Shown piece by piece: positions 39,678-49,816 of a stretch of 64,000 bases of DNA. How positions within the stretch are numbered: position 1 is the stretch's first letter; each line of letters opens with the position of its first letter. The notes under the pieces were generated by a model, which had not been told where the DNA came from, searched no databases, and was given only the letters and a program-made list of their open reading frames with translations. The DNA lies in NCBI GenBank assembly GCA_963848295.1, contig CAWKDB010000010.1, positions 1,024,001 to 1,088,000 of the forward strand, read 5' to 3'. The DNA is from an uncultured delta proteobacterium. Lineage in GTDB: Bacteria; Myxococcota_A; Polyangia; Haliangiales; Haliangiaceae. Both the position numbers and the translations under genes were made by a program.

Positions 39678-40448
39678 ATGCGAGTCGTCCCGGTGCCGTG
39701 TCTCAAAGACAACTACGCCTACCTGGTAATCGACGGCGGCAGCGCTGCGGTCGTCGATCCCGGCGAGGCTCCGCCGATCGAAGCGGCGCTCGCGCGCGAG
39801 CACGTCACCCTCGCCGCGGTCTGGGCGACTCATCATCACTACGATCACACCGACGGCATCCCGGCCCTCGTCGCGGCGCATCCCGGCATCGAAGTGATCG
39901 TCGGCCAGACCGACGCCGACAAGGTCAAGCACGTCACCCGCATCGTCAAAGCCGGCGACGAGGTCACGCTCGGCGACGTGCGCGCGAAGATCATCCACAA
40001 CCCCGGCCACACGCTCGGCGCGGTCAGCTTCTACGTCGCCGACCCCGGCTGGGTGTTCACCGGCGACACCCTATTCGCCGGCGGTTGCGGGCGCGTGTTC
40101 GAGGGCGATCCCGCGATGATGCGCGCCTCGCTCGCCAAGCTCGCCGAGCTCCCGCCCGACACCAAGGTCTACTTCGGCCACGAGTACACCGCGGCGAACC
40201 TCAAGTTCGCGCTCGCGGTCGAGCCCGACAGCGGGCCGATCACGAAGCGCGCGCATGCCGTCGCCGAGCTGCGCGCCCGCAACGAATTCACGACACCCTC
40301 GACGATCGCGGACGAGCGCGCGACCAATCCATTCCTGCGCACCACCGAGCCGCGCGTCTACGCCGCCGCGCAGAACCGCGACGACTCGGTGAGCGACCCC
40401 GACACCGCGTTCGCCGCGATCCGGACGTGGAAGAACAACTTCAAGTAG
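39678..40448 (+). CDS. gloB: Hydroxyacylglutathione hydrolase (glyoxalase II)
   Basis: DNYAYL, THHHYDH, PGHT, FTGDTLF..GCGR.FEG, GHEYT, TNPFLR. Confidence 0.95.
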   Translation: MRVVPVPCLKDNYAYLVIDGGSAAVVDPGEAPPIEAALAREHVTLAAVWATHHHYDHTDGIPALVAAHPGIEVIVGQTDADKVKHVTRIVKAGDEVTLGDVRAKIIHNPGHTLGAVSFYVADPGWVFTGDTLFAGGCGRVFEGDPAMMRASLAKLAELPPDTKVYFGHEYTAANLKFALAVEPDSGPITKRAHAVAELRARNEFTTPSTIADERATNPFLRTTEPRVYAAAQNRDDSVSDPDTAFAAIRTWKNNFK

Positions 40449-40458
40449 AGCGCGCCCG

Positions 40459-41841
40459 TCACTCGACCGGGCACGCCGTCGCCGGGCACGTGTTCTCTGC
40501 GTTCGGGATGTTGGTCTCGATGCAGCCCGCGATCCCGGTGAATGTGTTCGTCGTGAGGAAGTCGACATCGACCGTGCTCCACCCGCGGTACACCCCGACG
40601 CCGGCGCTATTCGAGAACGCGGTGTTCGAGATGAACGCGGAGGGCACGACGCCGGGCGCGAGGCCGATGATCACGGAGCCATCCTCGCGACTGGAGCCGA
40701 CCCCGGGCTTCCACTCGCACACGCCGACCGCGAAGCTCGGCCCACCGGCGTTGCGAATGCTCGCGTAGGTGATCGAGGTCGCGGGATCGACCGCGTTGCG
40801 GAACTCGAGCCCTTGCCAGTCGCCCGCCGCGGGCGTACCTGCAGCCGAGTCGAACACGACAGGCTTTGCGGCGGTGCCGGCGACCACGAGCGCGCCTTGC
40901 GCGGTGCCGTCAGAATGCCCGCGCACTTGGATCCGGCTCGAGCTCGACATGCCTTCGGGTGTGAACAGCATCATCACGCCCGCATCGATCGTCAGCTTCG
41001 CCGGTGCGTCACCGACCACGCCGTCGCCGACGACGATCGTCGCGGGCACCAAGCCCACGCGATATGGCACGCCGGGATCGTGGAGCGTTACGTCGGCGAG
41101 CAAGGTGCGCCCCTGCTCGAACGCAGCCGAGGTGCCCGAGCTCTGCAGCAGGATCGCATCGTTCGCGTTGCCGGTATACGACCCCTCCGGGAGATCGGTA
41201 GCGGAGTCCGCGCCGAGCAAGATCGGATACGCGCCCGAGCTCGCGATCGTCAACGCGGTCGACCCCGGGACGAACCGCGCCGAATTCATGAACACCGCGA
41301 TGCCCGACGAGTGCTCGACGGTCACGTGATCGACCGCGAGCAGCAGCGGCAACGTAGCATCGCCGCGCGCCACGATCGTCGCGCCGAGCTGATCCGCGGT
41401 CGTGTAGTCGCCGGCCGTGCCGCCGCCGTCGAACGAGGCGTACGCGAGGTGCAACGTCGCGGGCCCGAACGCAGAGACGTGGCCCCATGGCGACCCCGCG
41501 GTGTCTTGCACGAAGCGGATCGGAGCCGCAGCCGTTCCGTTCGCGATCAACGCGGTCGCACCTGGAGTCAGCTCGATGCTGGCATCGGGAGCGAGCCGGA
41601 CTTCGCTGCAGCCCTCGATCGTCAGCGTGCCGGCGGTGACGTTCACCGTCGCGGTCACCTCGTGGATTCCCGACGCCCACGTCTCGTCCGCCGCGATCGC
41701 GCCGGCATGCGTGATCGGTGTACCTGATGGCACGCACGCGGGAGCATCGATACCACCGTCCGCGGCCGCCGCGTCGGGTAGCCCGTGCGAGCTACCGCCG
41801 CCACACGCCGTCATCAACACACAGCAGACAAGTCCACGCAC
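40459..41841 (-). CDS. Hypothetical lipoprotein, beta-helix-like repeats
   Basis: AAGGAG RBS then GTG; lipobox MTAC; two A.GTAA.PI.F...W.G units. Confidence 0.7.
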   Translation of the reverse strand: MRGLVCCVLMTACGGGSSHGLPDAAAADGGIDAPACVPSGTPITHAGAIAADETWASGIHEVTATVNVTAGTLTIEGCSEVRLAPDASIELTPGATALIANGTAAAPIRFVQDTAGSPWGHVSAFGPATLHLAYASFDGGGTAGDYTTADQLGATIVARGDATLPLLLAVDHVTVEHSSGIAVFMNSARFVPGSTALTIASSGAYPILLGADSATDLPEGSYTGNANDAILLQSSGTSAAFEQGRTLLADVTLHDPGVPYRVGLVPATIVVGDGVVGDAPAKLTIDAGVMMLFTPEGMSSSSRIQVRGHSDGTAQGALVVAGTAAKPVVFDSAAGTPAAGDWQGLEFRNAVDPATSITYASIRNAGGPSFAVGVCEWKPGVGSSREDGSVIIGLAPGVVPSAFISNTAFSNSAGVGVYRGWSTVDVDFLTTNTFTGIAGCIETNIPNAENTCPATACPVE

Positions 41842-41948
41842 GGGCAACTCCTTCTCACCAGGAGCGCGCTCGCGCAATTCGTCGCACGGTTTTCTGCGCT
41901 CGCTTGCGTCGGCCGCGAAAGGCGTTGGTTCCCGCAGACTTGCGAGTG

Positions 41949-44156
41949 CTACTTCGCGATCAACAACGCCAAGGCGCGTGAATCGAGATCGTAGGTCGGG
42001 GTCGTGACGAGTTGCTCGCTGCCCGGCGGCGCGATGTTGTTGCTCGCCTCGAGGAACGCGGCGGTGTTCGCGACGCGGTACCACGCCTTGCCAGCCGGAG
42101 CGGCCGGCAGCGTAACGGTCACCTTCGCCATGCCGCGGTTGTAGAGCACGAACAGGGCAGCGTTCGGCTCGTTCGGTATCGTCGTGCCGTCGATCCACCA
42201 CGCGACGATCGGTTGGGTCGCGTCGGCCATGTAGCCCGCGCTCGCCGGCGCGCCGGTCGCGTCGTAGAACGTCGGCGCGGTCCACGTCGCCGGGCGCAAC
42301 GCCGGATGCGCGGCGCGAAATTGCATCATGCCTTGCGCGAACGACCACAGCGGCGTGCCCTGGCCGGTCCAGTCGAGCCAGGTCGCGGTCGAGTCGAGGT
42401 TGTACGGGTTGTTGTTGCACGCGACCGAGCGGCCGAGCTCGTCGCCGCCCTCGATCATCGGCACGCCGGCGGACAGCAGCTCGAGCGCGAGCCCGGTGCG
42501 CACGGCCTGGCGCTGCGCGACCGGATCGCCGCCGTGATCCCACGAGTAGTTCGACGTGCTGCCGCCGTTCGACGGGCCGAACGGCCACGGCTGGTTGTTG
42601 CTCGGCGCGTCGCACGCGTAGAGATCGTGCAGCGTGAACCCGTCGTGCGAGACCAGGTAGCTGACGCCGGCGGCCGGCGCGCGGGCGCCGAACAGATCCG
42701 GCGAGCCGGCGATGCGTGTCGCGAGCGAGCTCGGCGCGACCGGCGCTACGTTCTGATCCTGGCGCACCGTGTCGCGGATGTGATCGTTCCACTCGCTCCA
42801 GCCGGCGGGGAACTTGCCGATCGCGTAGCTGTTCGCGACCACCGCCCACGGCTCGGCGACGAGATCGATGCCCGCGCCGCCGTCGGCCGGGCGCGCGCGC
42901 GCCGCGATCTGCGTCGGCAAACCGGTCGGATCGAACGTGAAGCAGCCCGGGCCGCACGCGTTGCCCAACACCGGGGCGAGATCGAAGCGAAAGCCGTCGA
43001 CGCCGAGGTCGTCGGACCAGTAGCGCAGCGAGTCGAGCACGAGGCCCTGGGTCAGCGGCTTGGTGCCCGCGAGATCGGCGCCGACACCGTTCGAATTCGT
43101 GAACCCGGTGCCGGCGGCATCGAGCTGGTAGTAGCCGGCGTTATCGAGGCCGCGTAGCGACAGCAGCGACGACCCGCTGCCCTCAGCGGTGTGGTTGTAG
43201 ACGACGTCGACCATGACCTTGATGCCGAGGTCATGAAACGCCTTGACCATCGCGCGCAGCTCGCGCGTCGGGCCGCCCGGCGACTTGTCGCACGCGTAGC
43301 GGCGATCCGGCGCGAAGTACGCGAGCGTCGAGTAGCCCCAGTAGTTGTCGCCGTTGTCGTCGGTAGGCGACACGTCGTTGCGATCGTTCTCGGTCTCGGC
43401 GAGCGGCATCAGCTCGATCGCCGTGACGCCGAGACTCGCGAGGTACGGCGCGCGCGTCGCGGCACCGGCATAGGTGCCGGCGCACGTGCCGGCTTGCGGA
43501 TCGGCTTGGGTGAAGCCGCGGACGTGGACCTCGTAGATGATGTCATCGCGAAACGCGCGGGTCGGCTTCGCGCCGATGTCGACCGGGCCGTCGCGCAGCA
43601 CGATGCCCTTCGGCGCGACCGCCGCGGAGTCGATCGCGCGCGAGCTGCCGGTCGCGTACGCCGAGCCGCTCGGCTGCGTCGGCGTCTCCGGATCGTGCGA
43701 CAGCTCGACCGCGTACGGATCGAACAGCAGCTTGTTCGGGTTCATCCGGTCGCCGTCGCTATCGACATCGGTCTGCCAGCCGGCGGTCGAGCCGGGCATC
43801 CACGCGGGGTCGTAACTCCAGTTCGGCCCCCACACGCGATAGCCGTAATAGATCGTCGCGGGCAGCTGCGCCGCCGGCACGGTCGCGGTCCACGTCGTCG
43901 GCGAGTCCTGGGTCAACGCGACATGCAGCACCGGCGTGGCGGTGGTCGGCGCGTCGAAGATCCACAACTCGATCCGGGTCGCATGCGCCGAGCCCACCCG
44001 AAACGCGACGCCGCTGCCGTCGGCGGTCCAGTGCGCGCCGAGCGCGGGTTGCCATGCCGGGCCGGCGTCGATCGCGGTCGACGCATCGCCGCCGACACCG
44101 ATGCTCGGGCGATGAGCGCAGGCAACGAACAACAGCGTTACAGCGAGCCGGCGCAT
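41949..44156 (-). CDS. Isoamylase / glycogen-debranching enzyme (GH13, CBM48) with lipoprotein signal
   Basis: Lipobox FVAC; YEVHVRG, NYWGY, DVVYNHT, GFRFDLA, AEPW, SHDGFTL. Confidence 0.92.
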   Translation of the reverse strand: MRRLAVTLLFVACAHRPSIGVGGDASTAIDAGPAWQPALGAHWTADGSGVAFRVGSAHATRIELWIFDAPTTATPVLHVALTQDSPTTWTATVPAAQLPATIYYGYRVWGPNWSYDPAWMPGSTAGWQTDVDSDGDRMNPNKLLFDPYAVELSHDPETPTQPSGSAYATGSSRAIDSAAVAPKGIVLRDGPVDIGAKPTRAFRDDIIYEVHVRGFTQADPQAGTCAGTYAGAATRAPYLASLGVTAIELMPLAETENDRNDVSPTDDNGDNYWGYSTLAYFAPDRRYACDKSPGGPTRELRAMVKAFHDLGIKVMVDVVYNHTAEGSGSSLLSLRGLDNAGYYQLDAAGTGFTNSNGVGADLAGTKPLTQGLVLDSLRYWSDDLGVDGFRFDLAPVLGNACGPGCFTFDPTGLPTQIAARARPADGGAGIDLVAEPWAVVANSYAIGKFPAGWSEWNDHIRDTVRQDQNVAPVAPSSLATRIAGSPDLFGARAPAAGVSYLVSHDGFTLHDLYACDAPSNNQPWPFGPSNGGSTSNYSWDHGGDPVAQRQAVRTGLALELLSAGVPMIEGGDELGRSVACNNNPYNLDSTATWLDWTGQGTPLWSFAQGMMQFRAAHPALRPATWTAPTFYDATGAPASAGYMADATQPIVAWWIDGTTIPNEPNAALFVLYNRGMAKVTVTLPAAPAGKAWYRVANTAAFLEASNNIAPPGSEQLVTTPTYDLDSRALALLIAK

Positions 44157-44168
44157 GGCCGAAGAGAG

Positions 44169-44184
44169 AGCAACGCCCGTACCG
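44169..44184 (-). promoter_or_regulatory. Putative sigma54 promoter for the isoamylase gene
   Basis: Minus strand cGGTACGGGCGTTGCt = GG-N10-GC, ending 13 nt before the ATG. Confidence 0.5.
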
Positions 44185-44478
44185 CGCTAACCCCGCGGAG
44201 TCGGGGCGTACCGGCGCGAAAACAGTTGCGAATCGCAACGCGGTGGCGCGTTCTGACCGAGAGGGCGTAGATCGGTCGCCACTGCAAGCACTGCTTCCCG
44301 ACTCGAGATAGCGGGAGCGCGCGCGACAGGCGAAGCTGCACAGGGGCCCAAGCGCGTAACTTCCGATCATCATGCGTCGGCGTAGCAAAACGCGTTGCAC
44401 CGCACGTTGTTCCGCACCGCCGCTCGCGCGCCGCGCGCAGGACCCTGTGGCAGCTGAGCCAGCGCGCGCGCCGCGGCG

Positions 44479-46473
44479 TTACTCGCGCGGCAGCCGAAGC
44501 GTGAACTCGGTGCCGCCGCCCGGCGCGGGCCGATGATCGAGCTCGCCGTTCATCGCGCGGGCGAGCGACCGCGACAGCGCGAGGCCGAGGCCGAGGCCCG
44601 CAGGGCCGTCGCTGTTGACGCCGCGCGAGAACGGCCGGAACAGCCGGGTCTTGTCCGCGATGCCCGGGCCGCGATCGGTGACGACGATCGCGATCGCGTC
44701 GCCGGCTTCGCGCGCGACCAGCGTGATCGATCGATCGGTCGCCCCGCGCGCGTACTTCTCCGCGTTGTCGAGCAGGTTGCTGACGATCCGCGCGAGCGCG
44801 TCGCGATCGAACCGCGCGCGCAGGTCGCGAGCGACGTCGACGTGCAGCGTGGCGCCGGCGCGCTCGAGCGTCGGTCTCGCGCCATCGGCGAGCTCGTGCA
44901 ACGCCTCGCCGACCGCGCCGGGCTTCGCCTCGATGCTGAGGTTGCCGCGCTCGAGCTGCGAGAACCCGAGCACGTTCGACACCACGCGCCCGAGCCGCGA
45001 CGCCTCCTCGCTCATCCGCTTCGCGTAGTCGCGCAGCTTCGTCGGGTCGCCGAGGCCATCGGCGAGCATGTCGCCGTACAGTTGCAAACCGGCGAGCGGC
45101 GTGCGCAGCTCGTGCGCGGCGGCGGCCGCGAACTGGCTGCGTTCGCGCGCCAGGCGCTCCGCGCGCGCGACGAGCAACACGACGAACGCCGCGGCGAGCG
45201 CCGCGATCCAGCCGACCGCGATGAACTTGACGACGAAGTCCTGCGCGAGCGAGGCCGCCTCGGTCGACGCCGCGAGCAACGCGCGCGGATTCGGGGCGAC
45301 CGTGAGCTGCCAACCCGCGGCGAGCTCGGTCGCGCCGGTGCCGCCGCTGTCGTGCAGCTCGGCGACCTGATCGCCGACGCGCGCTGCGAGCCAGCTTGTC
45401 AGCGTCGCGCGATCGACGACGAAGCCCTGCGCGTAGCCGCCATCCGGCGTCTGCACCGAGCGCACCGCGACGAGCGCGGGGTGCCCGGCAAACGGTTGCG
45501 AATGCCACTCGAGCGACGACACCGTGATCAGCACCGGTGCGGGCGGCGGTGGCGGCGGCGCCGGCGGCGGGACGATCGCGCGGACGCGCAGCCTGCGATG
45601 CGGGCGCGGCGCGGGCGTCGGCCTCGGCGCCGGCGCGGTCATCTGAGGTTGAAGCGCCTGCGGCTGGTCGATCTGGGCCGGTGCGTTCGCCTGTTGCGGA
45701 TATGCAGCCTGCGCGTTGGCTTGGGGATATGGCTTGGTCTGCTGTTGCCGGTAGATATTCGTCGCGGCGTTGTTGGTCAGGTAGCTCTGCTGATCGATCG
45801 CGATCTGCTTGGTCTTCTTGCCGACCGGCTTGACGGCGACGAGCTTCACGTCGTCGTCATCGGCGGCCGACTTCGACTTGCTCGGTCCGGGATCGTCCTC
45901 GTAGTAGTACTCGTACTTCGGCGTCGGCTTCGGATCGGCGGCGGCGACGAGCACCGGGGGCTTGCTCGACACCGGCACCGGCGGCGGTGCGAGCGACCCG
46001 AGATCGCGCGCGACCTCGGCGCGAAATTCGCGGTTGTCGGCGAGGTGAGTCGACTCGGACAGCGTCGGCACCGCGTCGTTGATCGTCGGCGTGCTCGCTT
46101 GACCTTTCGAGTCGAGCTGGAAGTAGCCGAGCACGAGCGAATCGTCGGGCTCGCCGGCGAGCGGCGACGGCGTGACGTTATCGCCCGCCGATGCGCGCGG
46201 ATCGTGGAACAGGTTCTGGTAGTGGAAGTACGGTCGCTCGCTCTCGTGCGCGATCAACTCGGTCAGCTCGCCGCGCAGCTCGCGCGCGAGCTCGGCGGCG
46301 CGCTGATCGGCCGCGAGCTTGGGCGCGGCCTCGACCTCGTGTTGCCGCGCGCGCACGCCGGCCCAACCCGCGAAGAACCACGCGGTGAGCAGCGCGGTCA
46401 GCGCCGCGGCGAGCAAGACCGCCGCGTACAGCGTCCGCGGCAGCTTGCGCCGCGCTAGCGCGCCAGGCGCCAC
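44479..46473 (-). CDS. Membrane sensor histidine kinase
   Basis: Two TM helices; Pro/Gln-rich extracytoplasmic region; AHELRTPL, NLLDNAEKY, DRGPGI, GLGLGL. Confidence 0.9.
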   Translation of the reverse strand: MAPGALARRKLPRTLYAAVLLAAALTALLTAWFFAGWAGVRARQHEVEAAPKLAADQRAAELARELRGELTELIAHESERPYFHYQNLFHDPRASAGDNVTPSPLAGEPDDSLVLGYFQLDSKGQASTPTINDAVPTLSESTHLADNREFRAEVARDLGSLAPPPVPVSSKPPVLVAAADPKPTPKYEYYYEDDPGPSKSKSAADDDDVKLVAVKPVGKKTKQIAIDQQSYLTNNAATNIYRQQQTKPYPQANAQAAYPQQANAPAQIDQPQALQPQMTAPAPRPTPAPRPHRRLRVRAIVPPPAPPPPPPAPVLITVSSLEWHSQPFAGHPALVAVRSVQTPDGGYAQGFVVDRATLTSWLAARVGDQVAELHDSGGTGATELAAGWQLTVAPNPRALLAASTEAASLAQDFVVKFIAVGWIAALAAAFVVLLVARAERLARERSQFAAAAAHELRTPLAGLQLYGDMLADGLGDPTKLRDYAKRMSEEASRLGRVVSNVLGFSQLERGNLSIEAKPGAVGEALHELADGARPTLERAGATLHVDVARDLRARFDRDALARIVSNLLDNAEKYARGATDRSITLVAREAGDAIAIVVTDRGPGIADKTRLFRPFSRGVNSDGPAGLGLGLALSRSLARAMNGELDHRPAPGGGTEFTLRLPRE

Positions 46474-47135
46474 GCGTACCCCGCGCCTTTGACCGAGACG
46501 ATCACGGTCGGCTTGCCCGGATCGGCCTCGACCTTCTTGCGCAACACCGCGATCGCCATGTCGACCGCGCGCGTCTGCAAGTCGCCGCGTTGACCGAACA
46601 CCCGCTCGAGCAACTCGGCGCGGGTCACGACCCGCTCGCGATGGCGATACAGCCAACGCACGATGCCGACTTCGCGCGGCGTCAGCGCGACGTGCTCGCC
46701 ACCGCGCACGACGATCATCCGCGCGAGATCGATCGTCGCGCCGTCGACCTGGACCTCGTCGAGCGATTCGCCGACGGGCGCGCGCCGGCCGAGCACGCGG
46801 ACCCGAGCGAGCAGCTCGCGCGCGGAGAACGGCTTCGTGACGTAGTCGTCCGCGCCTTCGATCAGACCGCGCACCTTGTCGTCCTCCGAGCCGCGCGCGG
46901 TCAGCATCAAGATCGGCGTGCCCGGGCGCGCCGCGCGCAGCCGGCGGCACACCTCCATGCCATCGAGCCGCGGCAGCATGAGATCCAACACGACGAGGTC
47001 GAACGCCTCGCGCAAGCCGGCCTCCGCGCCTGCCATACCGTCGCCGACCGCGAGGACGTCGTGGCCGTCGCCCACGAACAGATCGACGATGCCCTCGCGC
47101 AGGCTCGCTTCGTCTTCGACCACCAAGATCCGCAC
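46455..47135 (-). CDS. OmpR-family response regulator
   Basis: ILVVEDE, LDLMLP, MLTARG, GADDYVTKPF; winged helix VKGAGY. Confidence 0.95.
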   Translation of the reverse strand: MRILVVEDEASLREGIVDLFVGDGHDVLAVGDGMAGAEAGLREAFDLVVLDLMLPRLDGMEVCRRLRAARPGTPILMLTARGSEDDKVRGLIEGADDYVTKPFSARELLARVRVLGRRAPVGESLDEVQVDGATIDLARMIVVRGGEHVALTPREVGIVRWLYRHRERVVTRAELLERVFGQRGDLQTRAVDMAIAVLRKKVEADPGKPTVIVSVKGAGYAWRLAR

Positions 47136-47233
47136 GCCGCATCATTGTGCCACGTCGCGTGTAAGCGGGACGTAAGAGCCGCCCTTACCGAGACTTGACC
47201 GCGCGCTCGGCGGTCCGCGCGTACGTTTTGACC

Positions 47234-48550
47234 ATGCCGAACGGTTTTCGCCCTGCCCTGTTGCTCGCCGCAGCGATCGCCTTGCCGGTCGCCGCCGAAC
47301 CCGCGCCGACCTCGCCCGCCGACGAGCTCGCGGCGCTGCGCAGCCAAGGCCCGGCCGGGTTGCGCACGCTATTGAAGCGATACGACGCGATGCTGCCCGG
47401 CCCGGCGCGCGACGCGCTCGCGCTCGACGTCGACAGGGTCGCCGGCCAGCGCTACGCGACGGTGTCGCGATTGTACTGGTTCACCGAGCTCGCCGCCGCC
47501 GAGGCCGAGGCGCACCGCGAGCACCGGCCGATCCTCGAGCTGCGCATGCTCGGCCGGCTCGATGAGGATCTGTCGTGTGCGAACAGCCGGCTGTTCCGTG
47601 CGACGCTCTACGCGAACCAGCAGGTCTCGACGTTGCTGCGCGACGACTTCGTGTTGTTGTGGACGACCGAGCGCCCGGTGCCCAAGGTCACGATCGAGTT
47701 CGGCGACGGCCGCAAGATCGTCCGCACGACGACCGGCAACAGCGCGCACTACATCCTCGACGAGCACGGCAACGTGCTCGACGTCCTGCCCGGGCTGTAC
47801 GCGCCGTCGGCGTTTCGCACCGAGCTGCAGGGCTCGCTCGCGTTCGCTCGCGCGGTACGCGGCAAGACCGGCGACGTGCTCGCGCAGGCGATCGCGACGT
47901 ATCACACCAAGCTCGCAGCGCGCGCGCAGAACCAGTTCGCGGCGATCGCGAACGCGCCGTACATCGCGGCGACCCACCACCTGTCGACCGCGGCCGAGCT
48001 CGAGGACGCGCTCGCCCGTGCGCAGCGCGCGACGATGTCCAAGGCGGTGATCGAGATCCGCGACCTGAAGCGCATCGGGCTCTACCCGGGCGCGCTGCCC
48101 GATGACGCGCCGTACTGGGCGGCGGTCGGCCAGCGGCTCTACAACATCGGCGACGTCGCGGCGTTCCACGAAGCCGGGACCCCGTCGCGGCAGGCGACCG
48201 CACCGCACGCCACCACGCCGCCGGCCGTGCTCGACGCGCGCAGCCGCGCGCTGATCGAACAGCTCCACGACGCCGTGCCGACCGAGCTGGTCGCGACCCC
48301 GGCCCAGCTCGCCGACGTGATCGCCAGGCTCGAGCAGCACCTCGTGGCCGACTCCGCGCTCGATCAGCTCCGGCTCCGCCCCCAGATCTCGCGGTTCATC
48401 GCGAGCCGGCACGGCCGGATCGATTTCGACACGCTGAACCACTGGGTCTACGCGACGGTGTTCGACACGCCGGCCTCCGACCCGTGGCTGGGCCTAATGC
48501 CACGCACCGACTTCAGCGGACTGCCCGGAGACGGCATCGAATCGTTCTGA
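47234..48550 (+). CDS. Secreted hypothetical protein with a thioredoxin-like (SelN-like) segment
   Basis: Signal peptide; W..ELAAA.AEA.RE.RPIL...LGRLDEDLSCANSRLFR. Confidence 0.65.
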   Translation: MPNGFRPALLLAAAIALPVAAEPAPTSPADELAALRSQGPAGLRTLLKRYDAMLPGPARDALALDVDRVAGQRYATVSRLYWFTELAAAEAEAHREHRPILELRMLGRLDEDLSCANSRLFRATLYANQQVSTLLRDDFVLLWTTERPVPKVTIEFGDGRKIVRTTTGNSAHYILDEHGNVLDVLPGLYAPSAFRTELQGSLAFARAVRGKTGDVLAQAIATYHTKLAARAQNQFAAIANAPYIAATHHLSTAAELEDALARAQRATMSKAVIEIRDLKRIGLYPGALPDDAPYWAAVGQRLYNIGDVAAFHEAGTPSRQATAPHATTPPAVLDARSRALIEQLHDAVPTELVATPAQLADVIARLEQHLVADSALDQLRLRPQISRFIASRHGRIDFDTLNHWVYATVFDTPASDPWLGLMPRTDFSGLPGDGIESF

Positions 48551-48568
48551 CGCGTTATACTCGCCGCG

Positions 48569-49816
48569 ATGGCTCGGATCGCCCCGCTCGCGCTCGCGTT
48601 GGTTTGCATCTCGGGCGTCGCGGCGGCGGACGTCCCGCTCGTCGGCGCTTGGTTCGGCCCGCGGATCTTCGCGAACAACTCGACGCTCGGCTACATCAAC
48701 GACGCGCCCGACCATCCGATGCTCGAGACCTCGATCGAGCTCGGCGTGCGGATCAGCCACGACTTCATCGTGCCGTGGCTATATCCCGAATTCGAGCTCG
48801 GCTTCTCGCCGACCCACACGACGCCGACCGGCGCCCCGTCGGTGAGCGTCGCGTGGCTCGATCCGCGGTTCAACTTGCGGTTCGAAGTCTTGCGCCACGG
48901 CAAGCTGCACCCGTTCGTGCTGGTCGGCGGCGGTTCGCCGATCGCGTTGTCGTCGGCGCGGATGACCTACAACTCCGGCATCGTCGGCGACGGGTACGGC
49001 GGCGTCGGCGTGCGCTACGACACCGGCCGTGGCTTCCTGCTGCGGTTCGACGCGCGGCTCGCCGTCGGTCCAGGCGTCGATCTCGCGACCGGCGACAACC
49101 GCGCCGCGTTCGAAGGCGAGTTCGGGTTCGGCGTCGAGATCGACTTCAACCACAAGGGCAGCACCGGGTCGAATCAGCACCGGCCGATGACCGACACGAC
49201 CGACAGCGATGGCGACGGCATCCCGGACGCGGTCGACAAGTGCCCCGATCGCCCCGAGGATTTCGATGGCTTCGAAGATCAAGACGGCTGCCCCGACATC
49301 GACAACGACGGCGATCACGTCCTCGACATCGCCGACAAGTGTCCGAACGTGCCCGAGACCTACAACGGCTACGAAGACGAGGACGGTTGCCCAGACACGA
49401 TCCCCGCCGATGTCGCCGGCATCGTCGGAACGGTCGAGGGCTTGATCTATGCCGAGGCAGAGACCGGCGTGCACGACTCGGCGCTCCCCGCGATCGCGAA
49501 GATCGCGACGGTGTTGAAGGCCCATCCCGGCGTCCGGATCGTGCTCGTCGGCCACACCGACGATCGCGAATCCAAGGTGTTCGCGACCAAGCCGGCCGAA
49601 GGCGAGCCCGAGCCCGACCTCGCCGCGATCGCCGCCGACCTCTCGCACGGCCGCGCCGAAGCGGTGAAGCAGGTCCTGGTCAAGGACGGCATCCCCGAAG
49701 GCCGGATCGTCGTCGACGGCGAGGGCGCGGAAGATCCGGTGATGGACAACGCCACCCCGAAGGGCCGACTCGCGAACCGCCGCGTCTCGGTCAAGCTGTT
49801 CATCCCGGCGCACTGA
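48569..49816 (+). CDS. OmpA-family protein with beta-barrel and TSP3 (Ca-binding) repeats
   Basis: DSDGDGIPD..DKCP, ED.DGFED.DGCPD repeats; GHTD, N.TPKGR..NRRV. Confidence 0.92.
   Translation: MARIAPLALALVCISGVAAADVPLVGAWFGPRIFANNSTLGYINDAPDHPMLETSIELGVRISHDFIVPWLYPEFELGFSPTHTTPTGAPSVSVAWLDPRFNLRFEVLRHGKLHPFVLVGGGSPIALSSARMTYNSGIVGDGYGGVGVRYDTGRGFLLRFDARLAVGPGVDLATGDNRAAFEGEFGFGVEIDFNHKGSTGSNQHRPMTDTTDSDGDGIPDAVDKCPDRPEDFDGFEDQDGCPDIDNDGDHVLDIADKCPNVPETYNGYEDEDGCPDTIPADVAGIVGTVEGLIYAEAETGVHDSALPAIAKIATVLKAHPGVRIVLVGHTDDRESKVFATKPAEGEPEPDLAAIAADLSHGRAEAVKQVLVKDGIPEGRIVVDGEGAEDPVMDNATPKGRLANRRVSVKLFIPAH

Noticed and set aside
44240..44470. Possible cobalamin riboswitch or ncRNA (GCCACTG and several hairpins)
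   Set aside because: The other B12-box elements are absent or on the wrong strand, and short hairpins are expected by chance at this GC content.
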